Shown here piece after piece: positions 40,911-52,562 of a DNA stretch of 62,016 nt. The stretch's first letter is position 1, and the number at the start of each line of letters is the position of its first letter. This DNA comes from Cirrosporium novae-zelandiae. Lineage: Eukaryota. The notes below the pieces were generated by a model. That model was given only the letters and a program-made list of their open reading frames with translations. It was not told the DNA's origin and ran no database searches. The translations under genes and the position numbers were made by a program. The stretch lies in the NCBI GenBank assembly GCA_026023565.1, contig JAPETS010000048.1, positions 124,001 through 186,016 on the forward strand, read 5' to 3'.

Positions 40911-41900
40911 ACTCTCATGGTGATGATTATTCAACAGAACTCCAACCCCCCCCTCCTCCTTGATACAGGGTTTCCCCATTCAACTTCATTTATTACTGAC
41001 AACTCTTGAATTGTTCAAAAGAAGATGATAAAAAGGAATCACTCATAATTTTATATTTATTAACCCAACCAAGTTAAATACCAATCCAGAGATACTTCTC
41101 CGATGGCCTGGTGCCCTAGGTGCCCATGCGCAACCCATGCCCTGATGATCCCGTTATTGTTTGTTTGAAGTTTTTTGGATCCCCCCCCGATGCCCTGGCC
41201 CTGTTTATTAGTGTACATGTACAATAAAGGTAACGGGTAAAAGAGCCAAGGGCCAAGCACCAACTGAGGGAAAAGGCTGTGCCGGATGCTCAACCCCGTC
41301 TCAGTCTCAGCAGTCGTTGCTGGAGAGAGAGGTCTGGCCAGACCAGACTCTTCGGTCGTTTCCAAAATCACTCACCAACTGCCTCATCCTCAGCTTTCGG
41401 CGCAAAAAAACACTATTGCGCACTGGAAGCATCCATCCTTCTCTTCCTTTTCCCAAAACTTGTCATTCAGAAAAGAAAAGAAATAAAAGAAAAAAGAAAA
41501 AACAAAAAACAAAAAAACAAAAAAACAAAAACAAAACTGTTGCCTATTATTCTTTTCCCTCTATTGCATTGTTCCACCTTTTTTTATTTTTTTTAACTCC
41601 TTCCCCCCTTGCCACACTCCCTACTCACACCACAACTAAACTCCTAAGGACCTAAAAAAGACACTTAGAGAGCAAGCTTGTGCATCACCACCACCCACCT
41701 ACCCCCCCCCTCCTCCTCCACCCCCCCCCCTCGATCGGCTTCTTCTTTACAAAGCTTCAAAGCCTACTGCTACTACCTTGTAGCTTCTTCGTTCTTCTAC
41801 ATCTTGAGTCTGTTCTGTCATTTCTCCCCCCCCCCAAAAAAATCTCCTTCAACTACCTACCTGTTTCACTCCTCATCCCGGGCGGTCCAAATCGGTGACC
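39200..41900. repeat. Microsatellite-rich non-coding region upstream of the 42175 gene
   Basis: (AACAAACG)n, (GAAAA)n, (CTGTCTGG)n, (AAAGGTCC)n, (TTA)n and poly-C/poly-A tracts; the short ORFs here are translations of low-complexity DNA. Confidence 0.8.
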
Positions 41901-42174
41901 GAGTGCCTCAAAGAAAGAAGTCTTTCTGCCATAACGCAGTGGCTCAACATCTTCAAATCCATTCTCACCTTTGCTATATGATCTGTTCAACCTATTAACT
42001 ACCTCCAGAAAGTAGTCTGCAGCTATCGTCATCGAACGAAAAAGTCAACATCATATAAATTCAGAACACACTGGCCTCGCTCTATCGCGGTGGAGCCGAA
42101 GAGGAGGTACGCCATCAACTTGGTCTTGGGGGGACGTGAGGTGCTGAGAATACTGCTCGTTGATTGATGTTGAG

Positions 42175-43969
42175 ATGGACAACAGGGAGGAGAGTTTATC
42201 TCTTCGTGACCGCTGGAGTTGCGTGAAGGGGGAGATTCCCCGGCTGCGGAAAAGCCAGACTCTCGATTTGCGGAGATCAGATCAATCAGAACCTCCGCGG
42301 AAGGTTCTCCGGAAGAGACTCTCCTTGTCTTCCTTTGAGTCCGACGATGTCAAGAGTGCAAAACTAGAAAGACAATCCGCTCATAACTTGCGTTTACCTT
42401 CTTTCAACCTTCTCGGGATTGGGAACCCACATTCTCAGCAACCTGGTTTACACCTGGCAGCGACGCAGCTGGGCGAACATGCCATCACCAGAGGACAATT
42501 TGCCCTGAATACCTATGATCCTTCCAGTCTCACTTTTAGACAACATTTACAATCCACCTACGGGGCTTCCTCTCTCTTGACCCCTCCTGACGACGAAAGT
42601 CCCAGTTGGACCCGCCAACCTATAGAAACACCTGCCTTGAACAAGGATTTCTTTTCCTCAAAACCAAAATCCCACAGCATGACTACCCCCTCAGAACCTG
42701 CCGATGGCGCCACGAAGCCAAATTCCGATTCTTTTGGCGCTTCGGGATCCAAAAGCGGTTCTCCGAAATCACCGGACCAATATTTGGGAAATGATAACAC
42801 CAGCATGAACCCGGGGTTAGATGAAGCTATGCAGATAACAGGTGCATAACGTTCATTTTGTTTATGGCTGATGGATGCTGATATATACAGTTGCTACATT
42901 GGCTGCTAGTTCCACACAAGATAATGCCATTCGCATCGTGGCTCAAACCCTTCCGAGCCCAGCTGCTGAAACATCTAAAATCCCTCAAGGACTGAGATCG
43001 TCCAACGTAAACACATGCCCCCACAAAAGACCCGGAACTTTTACAAGTATCTTTCCAACCGCGCTCGATGCCATCCAATCTATTCTCCCCACCATCCAGG
43101 CGAATTACATTGCCATCACCCATGCTGTTCCCTCGAAATTCAGCCTATCGAATCTCCCAACATCCCCTCCGACCACTCCTAATATAGCAGCGGCAAACGA
43201 GTACTTTTCCGCCACCGTGTTTCGGAACGCAGTACCTATCGATAGCTACCAAGACCTGCTCAGGATGAGTGAGACAATGCATGTGCCAATGACCTCCTCA
43301 CCTCGACCAGCTGTACCACCAGAGACGGTCCATATTTCGCTGATGGAGAGATACCTTCCACCAACAAGCCATCAGGAGCATCGGGATCTCTTTTCGCCTA
43401 GTGGAGCTTCGGCTCTCATGGATCGTTTAGCAGAGCTGTCTCCGAATGGAGGTACGCTCTTGTTCGTGTACCCAACTAGAGTTGGCGCGAGGACCTTTAC
43501 CCACGATTACTTGGGACCGATCCTGGACCCTTTGTTACGCCAAATGATAATCATTAATGAACTATCGACCTCGCTAGGAAGTGCATTGGGAAAGATGGCT
43601 GCAGCAGACTACATGGCGACGTATGATGAGATGAAGCGTAAAATTCAAAATTTGTGTGTTCACCTGAATCGCAATCCAAGCATGCCCTCGGCAAAGTCAC
43701 GATTTTCCATTGTTTATTCCAACAAAGGCTATGCTACCCTGGCAAGGGAAGTGTGGACACAATGGTGGGCTCACCAAGAAACTCCAAGAGCAAAAGAAGT
43801 TTTGAGCGCGTACTGGAGGAATGGTCAACGCCTTCCTGCAAACAAAGAAAAGACATCGGCAGCGCTGCTTCGAGAAATGGTTGAAGGTGTGCAAAAGAGG
43901 CCATATGATGCCGAGACGGAACCTGGTGTTGGGGTGGAGGTGGGAATCTTCGTTATCCGCCGGTCATGA
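42175..43969 (+). CDS. Hypothetical fungal protein (disordered Ser/Pro-rich N-terminus, globular C-terminal domain)
   Basis: ORFs 42160-42849 and 42875-43969 join via GT-AG intron 42842-42890. The C-terminal region (GGTLLFVYPTR, YLGPILDPLLR, VEVGIFVIRRS) looks globular. The true start is uncertain. Confidence 0.8.
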
Positions 43970-44479
43970 AATTGACGCATTCCATGTCAGCTGTTTCTTT
44001 TCGGATTGTTTAGATGACGAAAGTATACAAATCATTGGGTACGGAGTCAAGGGTTTTCTTCATGCACAGCAATATACCCCGGGAACTTTGCTATGTCGGA
44101 GCTTACGAGTAGAGAGGGCTTATAACTGTTCAAAAGGCGCTTTTACGGGCTGGGCTGGATGGCATGAGAACATGTCGTGGATGATATTTTGTTTTCTTAA
44201 AAAAAAAATGCGACCATTCGGCGCACAGCAAAGCAAGCAAATCAAGCAAGCAAGCTAAACTAAGGCTAATCAAGTGATGATTCATTCTTGATCCAAAACC
44301 TTTTCTCTCCCATGTAGTATGTAAGTTTCTAGACCCCATAGACCTTTTCGCAAGTCGGTCGACAATGGTTTTGAGACATGGGTAACAAAAGTCCGTAAAT
44401 ACGGTTCCACACTCGGACTAAACGTTCGTAAGAAAGGGTCGGATGATGTTGGGCCAGGTCCAGGTGTAACCGATTTGAC

Positions 44480-46270
44480 TGACGGCTGTTGGATGGGGGG
44501 ATGGAGGGATGGGGGGGGGGGTGTTGTGTGCGCCCCATCCTATGCTAAGCCACTTGATCCTCATCTTCATCCTCCACGGTACTTGCTTGAGATGTTATGT
44601 TGCATAATTTCCACCCCGACCCCATCCAATCGCATCTAATCGCATCCAATCGCATCCACAGGCCCTTAAAAGTACTTGTGCTGTTAATTCCCTCGGAACT
44701 CGGATGTTGAGTGTCGGATCGGATGTAATCACTGGAGAGCCGAGAGAGTGTGGAGAGACAAGGGGGGGCTTTGTGGTTCCAGGCTTTCTATTGTAGTACT
44801 GATGTGATATTGATATTATGGGTGTGGATATGAATATGAATATGTGTATAAATGTATGTTATGGTATGGTATGTATGGTATGTATGGTATGGAGGGACGG
44901 GTGGGGGTTTAAATTCTAGATTCCCATCTTTTATTTTCCTAATCCCTAATTCCTTTCCTCTCTACCTACTAAGTAATTCACCACTCACCACCTACTCTTC
45001 TATTTACAGTATCAAAACCCCATGCTCTATACCAATGCCATGCCCATACTCATACATTGATATCTATCCATTCATGATATGATGGGATATGATATGATCC
45101 CTTTCCTAAAGTGAAAATAAAATAAAAGGAAAGAGGGGGAGAAAAAGAGAGAGAGAGGTTGATGTGATTTTTCCCTATTGACTGACCGACCGACCAACTG
45201 ACCTTCTTTACCGGAAGGAAAGGAAGAGAGATTTGAACTTGAACTTGACTCCTTGACCTTGAGGGGTTACTCTACCTTAAGTGATAGATAGACTTAATTT
45301 TCTCTTTTTTTTATTGTTCATTTTATTATTTATTTTCAAGACCGAAACCCCCAAAGATCAAAAGAAGGTCGGTTCTCTCTTCTTCTCATCGTTTCTTCGT
45401 TTCCAAAGTTTGGTTTGATTGGTTCTTGGAATGAGGGATGGGGGATGGCGGTTTGTTATATCCCATCTCATCTCATTTCGAAAAGCAAGCAAGCCAACAA
45501 ACAAAAACACTCTTACCTACCTACCAACCTATCTACCTAGATAAGGTAACGAAAACCAAAAGGGGACGTCACAGTGGTGCGGGATGTGGGATATGGGATA
45601 TACCCCAACCGGATGGAGTGTTAGGGTATATATAAGCGCTCGAAACGGAATGAGATGTGATGATGCGATGAAACCCCCTCCCCTCTTTTTTTTGAAAGAA
45701 AAACTGGGGTTTGGGTTTATTATGTCTATGTCCATATATCCATATCCACATATCCTACATCCCAACCCTAGATACCTAGGTAGGTAAATGTGTTTTGTTA
45801 GATTACTTGCCCTTCTAACTTCTAACTTCTAGTATATATGCTTTATATATTTACAACTCCGCCTCTACTTACTTGCTAACTAGTTAGGAAATAAGTAACG
45901 TAAGTAATTAACGTAAGTGTAGGAACTCCCTTCATCTTCATCCTTTAATTCCAAGCCATACATACAGTACATAACATATATAATAAACCCGAGCCCGAAC
46001 CCCAATTTTTTTTTCTCTCTCTTTCAAAAAAAAGGGGAGGGGGGGGTTATATTATATGTTTTATTAGCTAGGTAGGTAACTAACGAACGAACTAACCAAA
46101 ACATGACTATTCCAGCACAGCACAACATAGCACAGCACAGTTAGGTTATCTATATCCTATATCCTATATCCTATATCCCAACTCTAGATATCTAAATATC
46201 CCCCCCCCTCCCCGCTTAAATAGCCACATCGCTTTTCTTTTTTTTTCTTTCGCTTTTCGCTTTTCGCATT
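44480..46270. repeat. Microsatellite / low-complexity tract ending abruptly near 46270
   Basis: (AATCGCATCC)n, (ATGGTATGT)n, (ATATCCT)n, (TTTCGC)n, (AGCAC)n and homopolymer runs. Confidence 0.8.
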
Positions 46271-48291
46271 AATTACCTACCGAACAAATATTTACGGCGA
46301 CTTTGCGCTTTCCTGTCCCGTTCTAGTAGGTGAGTTTCGCCGCCCTGATCTCGCGCGACCGCGCGATGGTGGGTGAGTTGACGGGTGAGCCGAGGGTGAT
46401 GCAGAGTATTTCTCAGTTCCCCCTTGTTCTGGCTTCAACACCTGGCTCCACTTTACTGCTTGGCAGGGCACACATTGCGTTGCGCTTAGCTATCGTATAG
46501 TATCATCATCATATATTTAGGAAATTAACAATCCTTCTTCACTAGCCTATCCGTTGGCCCAGACCAACAACAACGCGGACAGGCAAGTCTGCGTGAAGGA
46601 TTACTTCTTCCCATATAAACATTGAACATTCTCACTATTTGGCATCTGTCTTTCTAGTTTATTTTTCAATTCATATTTGGCTTATATCTTTCCTTCAGTC
46701 TTGCTTTACGACCTCATGAGATACCATACAATTTCTTTATCGTTTACCTGTTTTTCTGGTATCCTGTTTCTGCCTCCAATAATCAAGGTCTCGATCCTAT
46801 CATCCGGTATCCTCGCAAGGCTCTCTCCCAAACCTCCAATAGAAAACCCTGAAAGCCGTGATAATGAGGGTCTAAAGAGACTGTCTCCATCTCCTGTGCA
46901 AGAAGACCAATTATAAAAATGCCTCAGGATAGAGGATCAGGAGTACTGCCGTGTTTGCTGCGCCGCGAAGGAGCTCCAGCATGTGTCAGGCGATCGGGTG
47001 AACGGGCATACAGGGAGAAGAAACTAGGAAACATCATCGGTATCGAGATCAGCTTATCGGAGGTGAGAGTACCAACATCCTCTTACGTCGCCACGCCAAA
47101 CTGGAGAGGTGGTATTGCCCGAATACGACAGCATATCATTTGTACCCCTGAACGGCAGAAAACGCTGACATTAGGTGAATCCTTCGAAGTTCTGTTTTGC
47201 AAGGTTAAGGAGAGAATCGAGATCAGCTGAAACCTCTCAATATCGTTTTGACGGGGATGTAAACCAGTCAATCATCAAGGGACACTCATATGCTAGTATA
47301 ATTGCAAGATTGGGCGGCAAGATGAGGCAGTCGAAGCATCTCAGCTTTCGACAAGTTTAATATCTGCCGCATGCAGACATTAGCTGAGATTACGTGGCTA
47401 CTTGGCCTAATCGATCAGGAGAAAGCTTCATGCATCACAGCTATGAGTCAGTGCGCAAAACGCCATTCGGTGAAGAGTGTCACTCACTGATGTCTATAAA
47501 AGCCTCTCGTTGCTCCAAACTTATACTATAGTAGACCTCACTTTTCTATGCAAATCAGTGTGATTATCATCAGTTATACACCATGAGTTCCATCATCATA
47601 TATCAATCTCCGACCTCCACGACAGTTTCTAGGGTAGTCTATGCTTTCAACAAGCTATGCCTATTTCGATTATTTTCGGCCATAGTGCAGCAGTGGGAGG
47701 TTTGAAACGAGCTAATAATAAAAGAATATGGAAAGCGGTGATAGCTTGACTCCTCTCGAAGAGAAATTTCGGTGTGTTTGAATGACCAGCACTTGTTTTC
47801 TTCTTCCACCTCCACTCTCCCTTTTATACCTCATTTCATGCTTTCTAGCTTTGCTTAACCATTTCTTTCACGTATTCCCCTGTTTCGCGCACCAGAACCT
47901 CTTGTTACTTGCTTTACATTCCTTAATTTCTCACCTCACTATGTCTACTAGGGTGAGAGCTCCATTTGTCGCCCGTCCTCCTGTGGGGAGCATGGGAACT
48001 GCAGGTGGTGGGGGGGAATCTCTTTCCCGTCCCAGAAACTTGCCAGAAGGTGGCTGCCGTGTTCCTTAGTTGAAACGCACGCGCAAGCGTACTTAGTATC
48101 GTCGCTTCCCTAGCCGTCGTAGGTAGAACTGCTGTGCACGCTTGAAGCATGACTGCCTGCTGGTGGGTAGCAGCTTCCACTTATCCTGCGTTTCTCATGA
48201 TCAATTCAATTCTTTTAGATCCCTGCTGCGTTGTCAAGCGCTGTCTCCAATCTCATTGCTAGGAGTAAGGAGTAAGGAGTACTTGGCTGAC

Positions 48292-48533
48292 TGTAACGGC
48301 ATGCCAAGCATGTGCGCTTCGTAGGCGCATAGGCGAGGCTTGGCGCTTGGCCAAACCCTTATGTAGGAGAACGCTGCCTGATTCATCAAGGCAGTGTTCG
48401 ACTTTTGTATCTACAGAAGGAGCACTTCGAAAGCTATCATCATTACTTGCGTCTTGCATGCGAATAGCACGTTGTACCTATTAGTCATATATCCTATTGC
48501 TTCACTAGTCTACCACACTGCCTGTATCAAGCG
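48292..48533. mobile_element. Solo LTR copy, inverted relative to the 51688 copy and truncated by 11 bp
   Basis: Reverse complement of 51699-51940 with about 7 mismatches in 242 bp by hand count. Begins TGTAACGG, lacks the terminal CTGCCTTCACA and has no matching TSD. Confidence 0.85.
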
Positions 48534-48550
48534 TTGGAATTTACTACCGT

Positions 48551-49342
48551 CTATTCTAAAACGATCGAATCCAACATTTCCAAAAGCTCGTGTGCGTTCT
48601 GGAATGCTTTTTTGGTCCAGCATTTTTCAATGACAGAACCGAGCCAAATATTCTGCGTGCTAGGGAGGGTCTCCCTCCGCGGCCAGGCGGCGGTGGCCGG
48701 CCCGGGTGGCCGATCTTTGAAAAGATCAAACTCACACGGCTGCCTAGTTATGACTTCATACATCACAGCGCCGAGTTGGCCAATATCGGTGTAGATTGAG
48801 TAGCCGGTATCTTCGACAGTCTCCATGTTGGTACCGAGAGACAAGATGGATGATTCACTGAAATCAGAGAATTTGACGGAAAGATCGGCGGCAAGAAGAA
48901 AATTCCGGGTAGCAATATCAGCGACGATAACGCAAAGGTCATGTATGTAAACGAGAGTACGAGCCATCTCCCTGAACCAGGTGAGTTGGATAGTTTTGGC
49001 GGGTTGATGTTTCGTTAAATAGTTGTAAAGGTTTCCATTTATCATCAAAGCCATTCGGATACCAACATTGGACAGGTCCAGGCAAGGGACAATACCATAA
49101 CATTGATCTAAACGTTGGTAGATTTCTTTTTCGCGCCGAAGTGACTCATGAGAAATTTCAGTTTGATTATTCCAATATCTGATCGAAGGCTTGCTGAGAC
49201 CAGCCGTGCGGTATTTTAAAGGCAGTTTAAGAGCAGTTCCAGAATGTTGAACTATCACCCCAGTTCTACCTATGCCGAGAATGGGCTCCTGGATAGGACT
49301 TCCATCGGGCTGCAATAAGACCAATTGGAGACATGTAGACAT
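48551..49342 (-). CDS. Stand-alone atypical protein kinase-like protein, 263 aa
   Basis: Gly loop ILGIGRTGVI, ALK lysine, helix-C REKEIY, catalytic loop VADIATRNFLL, SDFS in place of DFG, and TDIGQLGAVMYE. Intronless. Confidence 0.85.
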   Translation of the reverse strand: MSTCLQLVLLQPDGSPIQEPILGIGRTGVIVQHSGTALKLPLKYRTAGLSKPSIRYWNNQTEISHESLRREKEIYQRLDQCYGIVPCLDLSNVGIRMALMINGNLYNYLTKHQPAKTIQLTWFREMARTLVYIHDLCVIVADIATRNFLLAADLSVKFSDFSESSILSLGTNMETVEDTGYSIYTDIGQLGAVMYEVITRQPCEFDLFKDRPPGPATAAWPRRETLPSTQNIWLGSVIEKCWTKKAFQNAHELLEMLDSIVLE

Positions 49343-49797
49343 TGGGTAACGAGAAAAGACGATATCACGTCTGTTTAATCAAAAATGAATTAATGTTTAT
49401 TCACAATCGTTGATATACAGAGAAGAAAATGAGTTTCAAGTATTGGTGTTGAGTAAAAGTGCAAGCATTAGCGTGTTGCTGAATAAGTAATAGTAATCGA
49501 TCCCAAATAGCGGCCGCGATACCTTGCATTCCCGTGACTCGCTTAAATCGAATTTCAATTCCCTCAACTGAATTTTCTAAATTTTTCAGAAGTTACCTGA
49601 TGGCCCTCAATAGAGTATACAGAGACGGTACGTACGTATTTTAACAAAAAATATATCAGAACAACGTGAAAAATAACATATGAACTAGTTTTAAATTGTT
49701 GAATAATTTGAAGGATGAAAAGACGCCATATAATTAAGGTAACACTACACTAATCAGGCCTTTCGAGAAACCTTACACAGTTATAATTAGATCAAGA

Positions 49798-50091
49798 TCA
49801 AAAAACCTTGACTCTGGACGACTGTGCTGTCAAACTGCCACTGCTTCCAGCCCCCCCAGTTTCCTGATCGTCATTATCAGGAGGTGGTTTTCTGTGATTG
49901 GGACAATTCGTCTTGCGCTTGGTAGAACTCGCTTGGGAGGTCGGCGTCAAATTCTCGCATAGGCTTCCTCTTGCAATCGCATTAGGACACCATTGTACGA
50001 AATCGTGATCAGGGTCGTGGGTGCTGCACGGCCCAATTCTGCCAGTGCAATCCGGCCAACGGGCAGGGGTTTTATGCATCTGCCAACACAT
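49798..50091 (-). CDS. Small Cys/His-rich protein, 97 aa, possibly metal-binding
   Basis: ATG-started ORF (MC...C...C..H...H....C...C...C..H) with a low-complexity tail. GC-richer than its flanks; candidate 5'UTR intron at ~50151-50100. Confidence 0.6.
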   Translation of the reverse strand: MCWQMHKTPARWPDCTGRIGPCSTHDPDHDFVQWCPNAIARGSLCENLTPTSQASSTKRKTNCPNHRKPPPDNDDQETGGAGSSGSLTAQSSRVKVF

Positions 50092-50977
50092 TTCAAGTAC
50101 TAATTAAAGAGATTTGTAAGACAGTGATCGCTTAAAGGAGAGAGAACCTTACCGAGGCAAATGTGCAAGTATGATTAATATTTAAATTGGTTAGTACTTG
50201 ACTAATAATTTTCTGAAGGAGAATAACGATAATTATAGAGAAAAGATAGAGGCATTTTTTTATCTTTATAGATTTTTATCATTCCTTTTCTGCAAGATAA
50301 AGTTGGTATCCACTAATCATCCTGATCCGTCCCTTTTTGTTTTGTTGGGGAGAGGGATTAATTCATAAAAGAGTCTGATCTCGATCCATAAATGACGGTG
50401 GCTCGTGCATCTAAGGGAGATAACTTATTATTATCTTACATACATAATTGGTGTGCAGGACCGAGGTCTACGGGTAATAGTAGTTACCCTAGCATATTGG
50501 TGGTTCCATGCTCCGCTCCAGACAGTGCATTATATTTTCCTAGGATACCGAAAATAGAAATGAGCTCGAGACCGAGCCAGACGAGTGATAGAAAGAGTAG
50601 GCTTACGCTGGCCTTTTGCGGTAGGCCGCGATGGTCTGGTAGTATTGTTAGTAAATAAAAGGCTTTCTCGTGTATGGCTACGCTTTCTGAAGGATACAAA
50701 GGTAGCAAAAGCGGAGAACTGGAGAAGGGCTGAATGAAGCTCGACATCTGAAAACAGACACATGGCCTCAGCGGATTCAACTTGGCTTTCCCACTGAAGA
50801 AGTAGGTACTGATACCAGACACCACAAAAACCTAGTGGGAGGCCTGGAGATCGTTTCGCTAGTAAAAGAAAATAGCGAGAGATAATGATAAGATTGTAAA
50901 GTTGTTGCAGGTGCCCTACCTATTTCGGTTAAGCCTCACCAGTTCGGGTTTAGCTTCGCCTATCAGGGACTAGCCTC

Positions 50978-51515
50978 TTGGCTCATCTCCCTCCACAGAA
51001 GAAAGCGCTTTCATCGTCAACATCTCATTTCATTGACAATGTCTTCAATGCATCACACACCAGCTCCTCTTCTGATACCGATGACACGGCGTCGATAGTA
51101 TCAACTTCCGCTACCAAATGGGAGAGTGAACGCGATTTCGGTACTTCTGCAGAGAGATGGCCAATTCAGGGATATCTCAAGCGCCATAACACCGGGTCTA
51201 AGGACTTCTATACAGTAGAACTTCTTCTGGATCTCCCCGAGAATTTTTCTGTATCAGAAAATTTGATGAAATCGGATCGATGCTGATATGGAGGATATAT
51301 CCAAAGTGACAATTTCTCCAACTCAACAGTCTCTTCAAACAAAGGGAAAATTCACTAAAGAAGATAAACAACTAATCAAATCGAGAAGCAAACAAGGTCT
51401 ATCCTGGAATCAAATCAAGCAATACTTTCCTGGGAGAACTCGTGGATCGCTCACGGGTCATTATTATGGAAAGCTAAACTCGGGTGCTGCTGGGAAGAAG
51501 CGTCGGCGCTCATAA
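50978..51515 (+). pseudogene. Myb/SANT-domain gene, split (relic or unresolved intron)
   Basis: The first ORF has WPIQGYLKRH...YTVEL and no ATG. The second, in another frame, has KFTKEDKQLI...LSWNQIKQYFPGRTRGSLTGHYYGKL, a single Myb repeat. Confidence 0.65.
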
Positions 51516-51687
51516 CAAAGAGAGGTATCTTGTTACCCTACCAATATTGCCAGAACGAGTATAAAAGGGTTAGTCCTAAGCCCGTTTTAGATTTTTTATT
51601 AGTTGCATGTAAAGTAGCAACAACCCTTAAAAAGTTTGGTTCTGAAGCATCAGTCGTAACTAATTAGATCGATGATTTGTTAGTAGT

Positions 51688-51940
51688 TGTGAAGGCAGCG
51701 CTTGATACAGGCAGTGTGGTAGACTAGTGAGGCAATAGGATATATGACTAATAGGTACAACGTGCTATTCGCATGCAAGACGCAAGTAATGATGATAGCT
51801 TTCGAAGTGCTCCTTCTGTAGATACAAAAGTCGAACGCTGCCTTGATGAATCAAGCAGCGTTCTCCTACATAAAGGTTTGGCCGCGCGCCAAGCCTCGCC
51901 TATGCGCCTACGAAGCGCATATGCTTGGCATGCCGTTACA
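51688..51940. mobile_element. Complete solo LTR (253 bp) with a 5-bp target-site duplication
   Basis: TG...CA termini with imperfect inverted ends (TGTGAAGG / CCGTTACA), flanked by GTAGT at 51683-51687 and 51941-51945. A second copy lies at 48292. Confidence 0.9.
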
Positions 51941-52562
51941 GTAGTATTTTGATTGTGATATCATATTACACATTAATCCTTATAAGCAATAATTCCGGAA
52001 GCTATATCCATATATTTTAGATGTTATACAAGTGGAGCTGAGGCCTATTTCCTGAGCGTCTTTGTTTTCAGTAAATTGAGAGGTAGTGTCTAGGTTCAAA
52101 TCTATCTGATATGAGACATGTGGAGCATTTCAATCACTCGATTTAGTCCAATAGAGGCGTCTTAGAACAGTGATTTCTTGTCTTTCGAACCTGCTTAGCC
52201 TTACTTCTCTTGATTCTACTGGTATATTTGTGAGAGACCTGAGGTTTCCATCAATTATAAGCTATTATAAGAGGTGACTAATTAATTATATAGTGCAAAG
52301 GAGTACAATTACAATGAGGATGCTATAGTACGTTTATTGTGCAAGAACGAGATTTTGAGTTGGCATCTCGAAGCATTATACTGTTGTCATTCAAAGGCAT
52401 TTCCCGTAATGCTTGTTCAGAAACTAAATAAAGCGATTGTGGTATAAATGTTCATTTGTAAACTTCATATCCGTTTACAATTGACGTTGGACCTCCCGAC
52501 CTTTACTTGCTTTTGAATTTGAGGTCAAGTAGCAAGATCCATCCTCAATTATATTGACCATA

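Noticed and set aside
46272..46284. TTAC-N7-A Starship target-site motif at the island edge
   Set aside because: Too short to be significant without the other element end or an empty-site allele.
46296..46330. U4 snRNA-like start (CTTTGCGC)
   Set aside because: Complementarity to U6 does not extend further and no Sm site is visible at the expected distance.
46677..48290. Short ORFs at the start of the island (46677, 46919, 47782, 47923)
   Set aside because: No recognisable motifs or consistent splice model; at most unidentifiable gene relics.
48290..51942. A single TIR DNA transposon (Pack-type) carrying the kinase and Myb genes
   Set aside because: No transposase and no shared outer TSD; the right repeat alone has TG..CA ends and its own 5-bp TSD, which fits a solo LTR.
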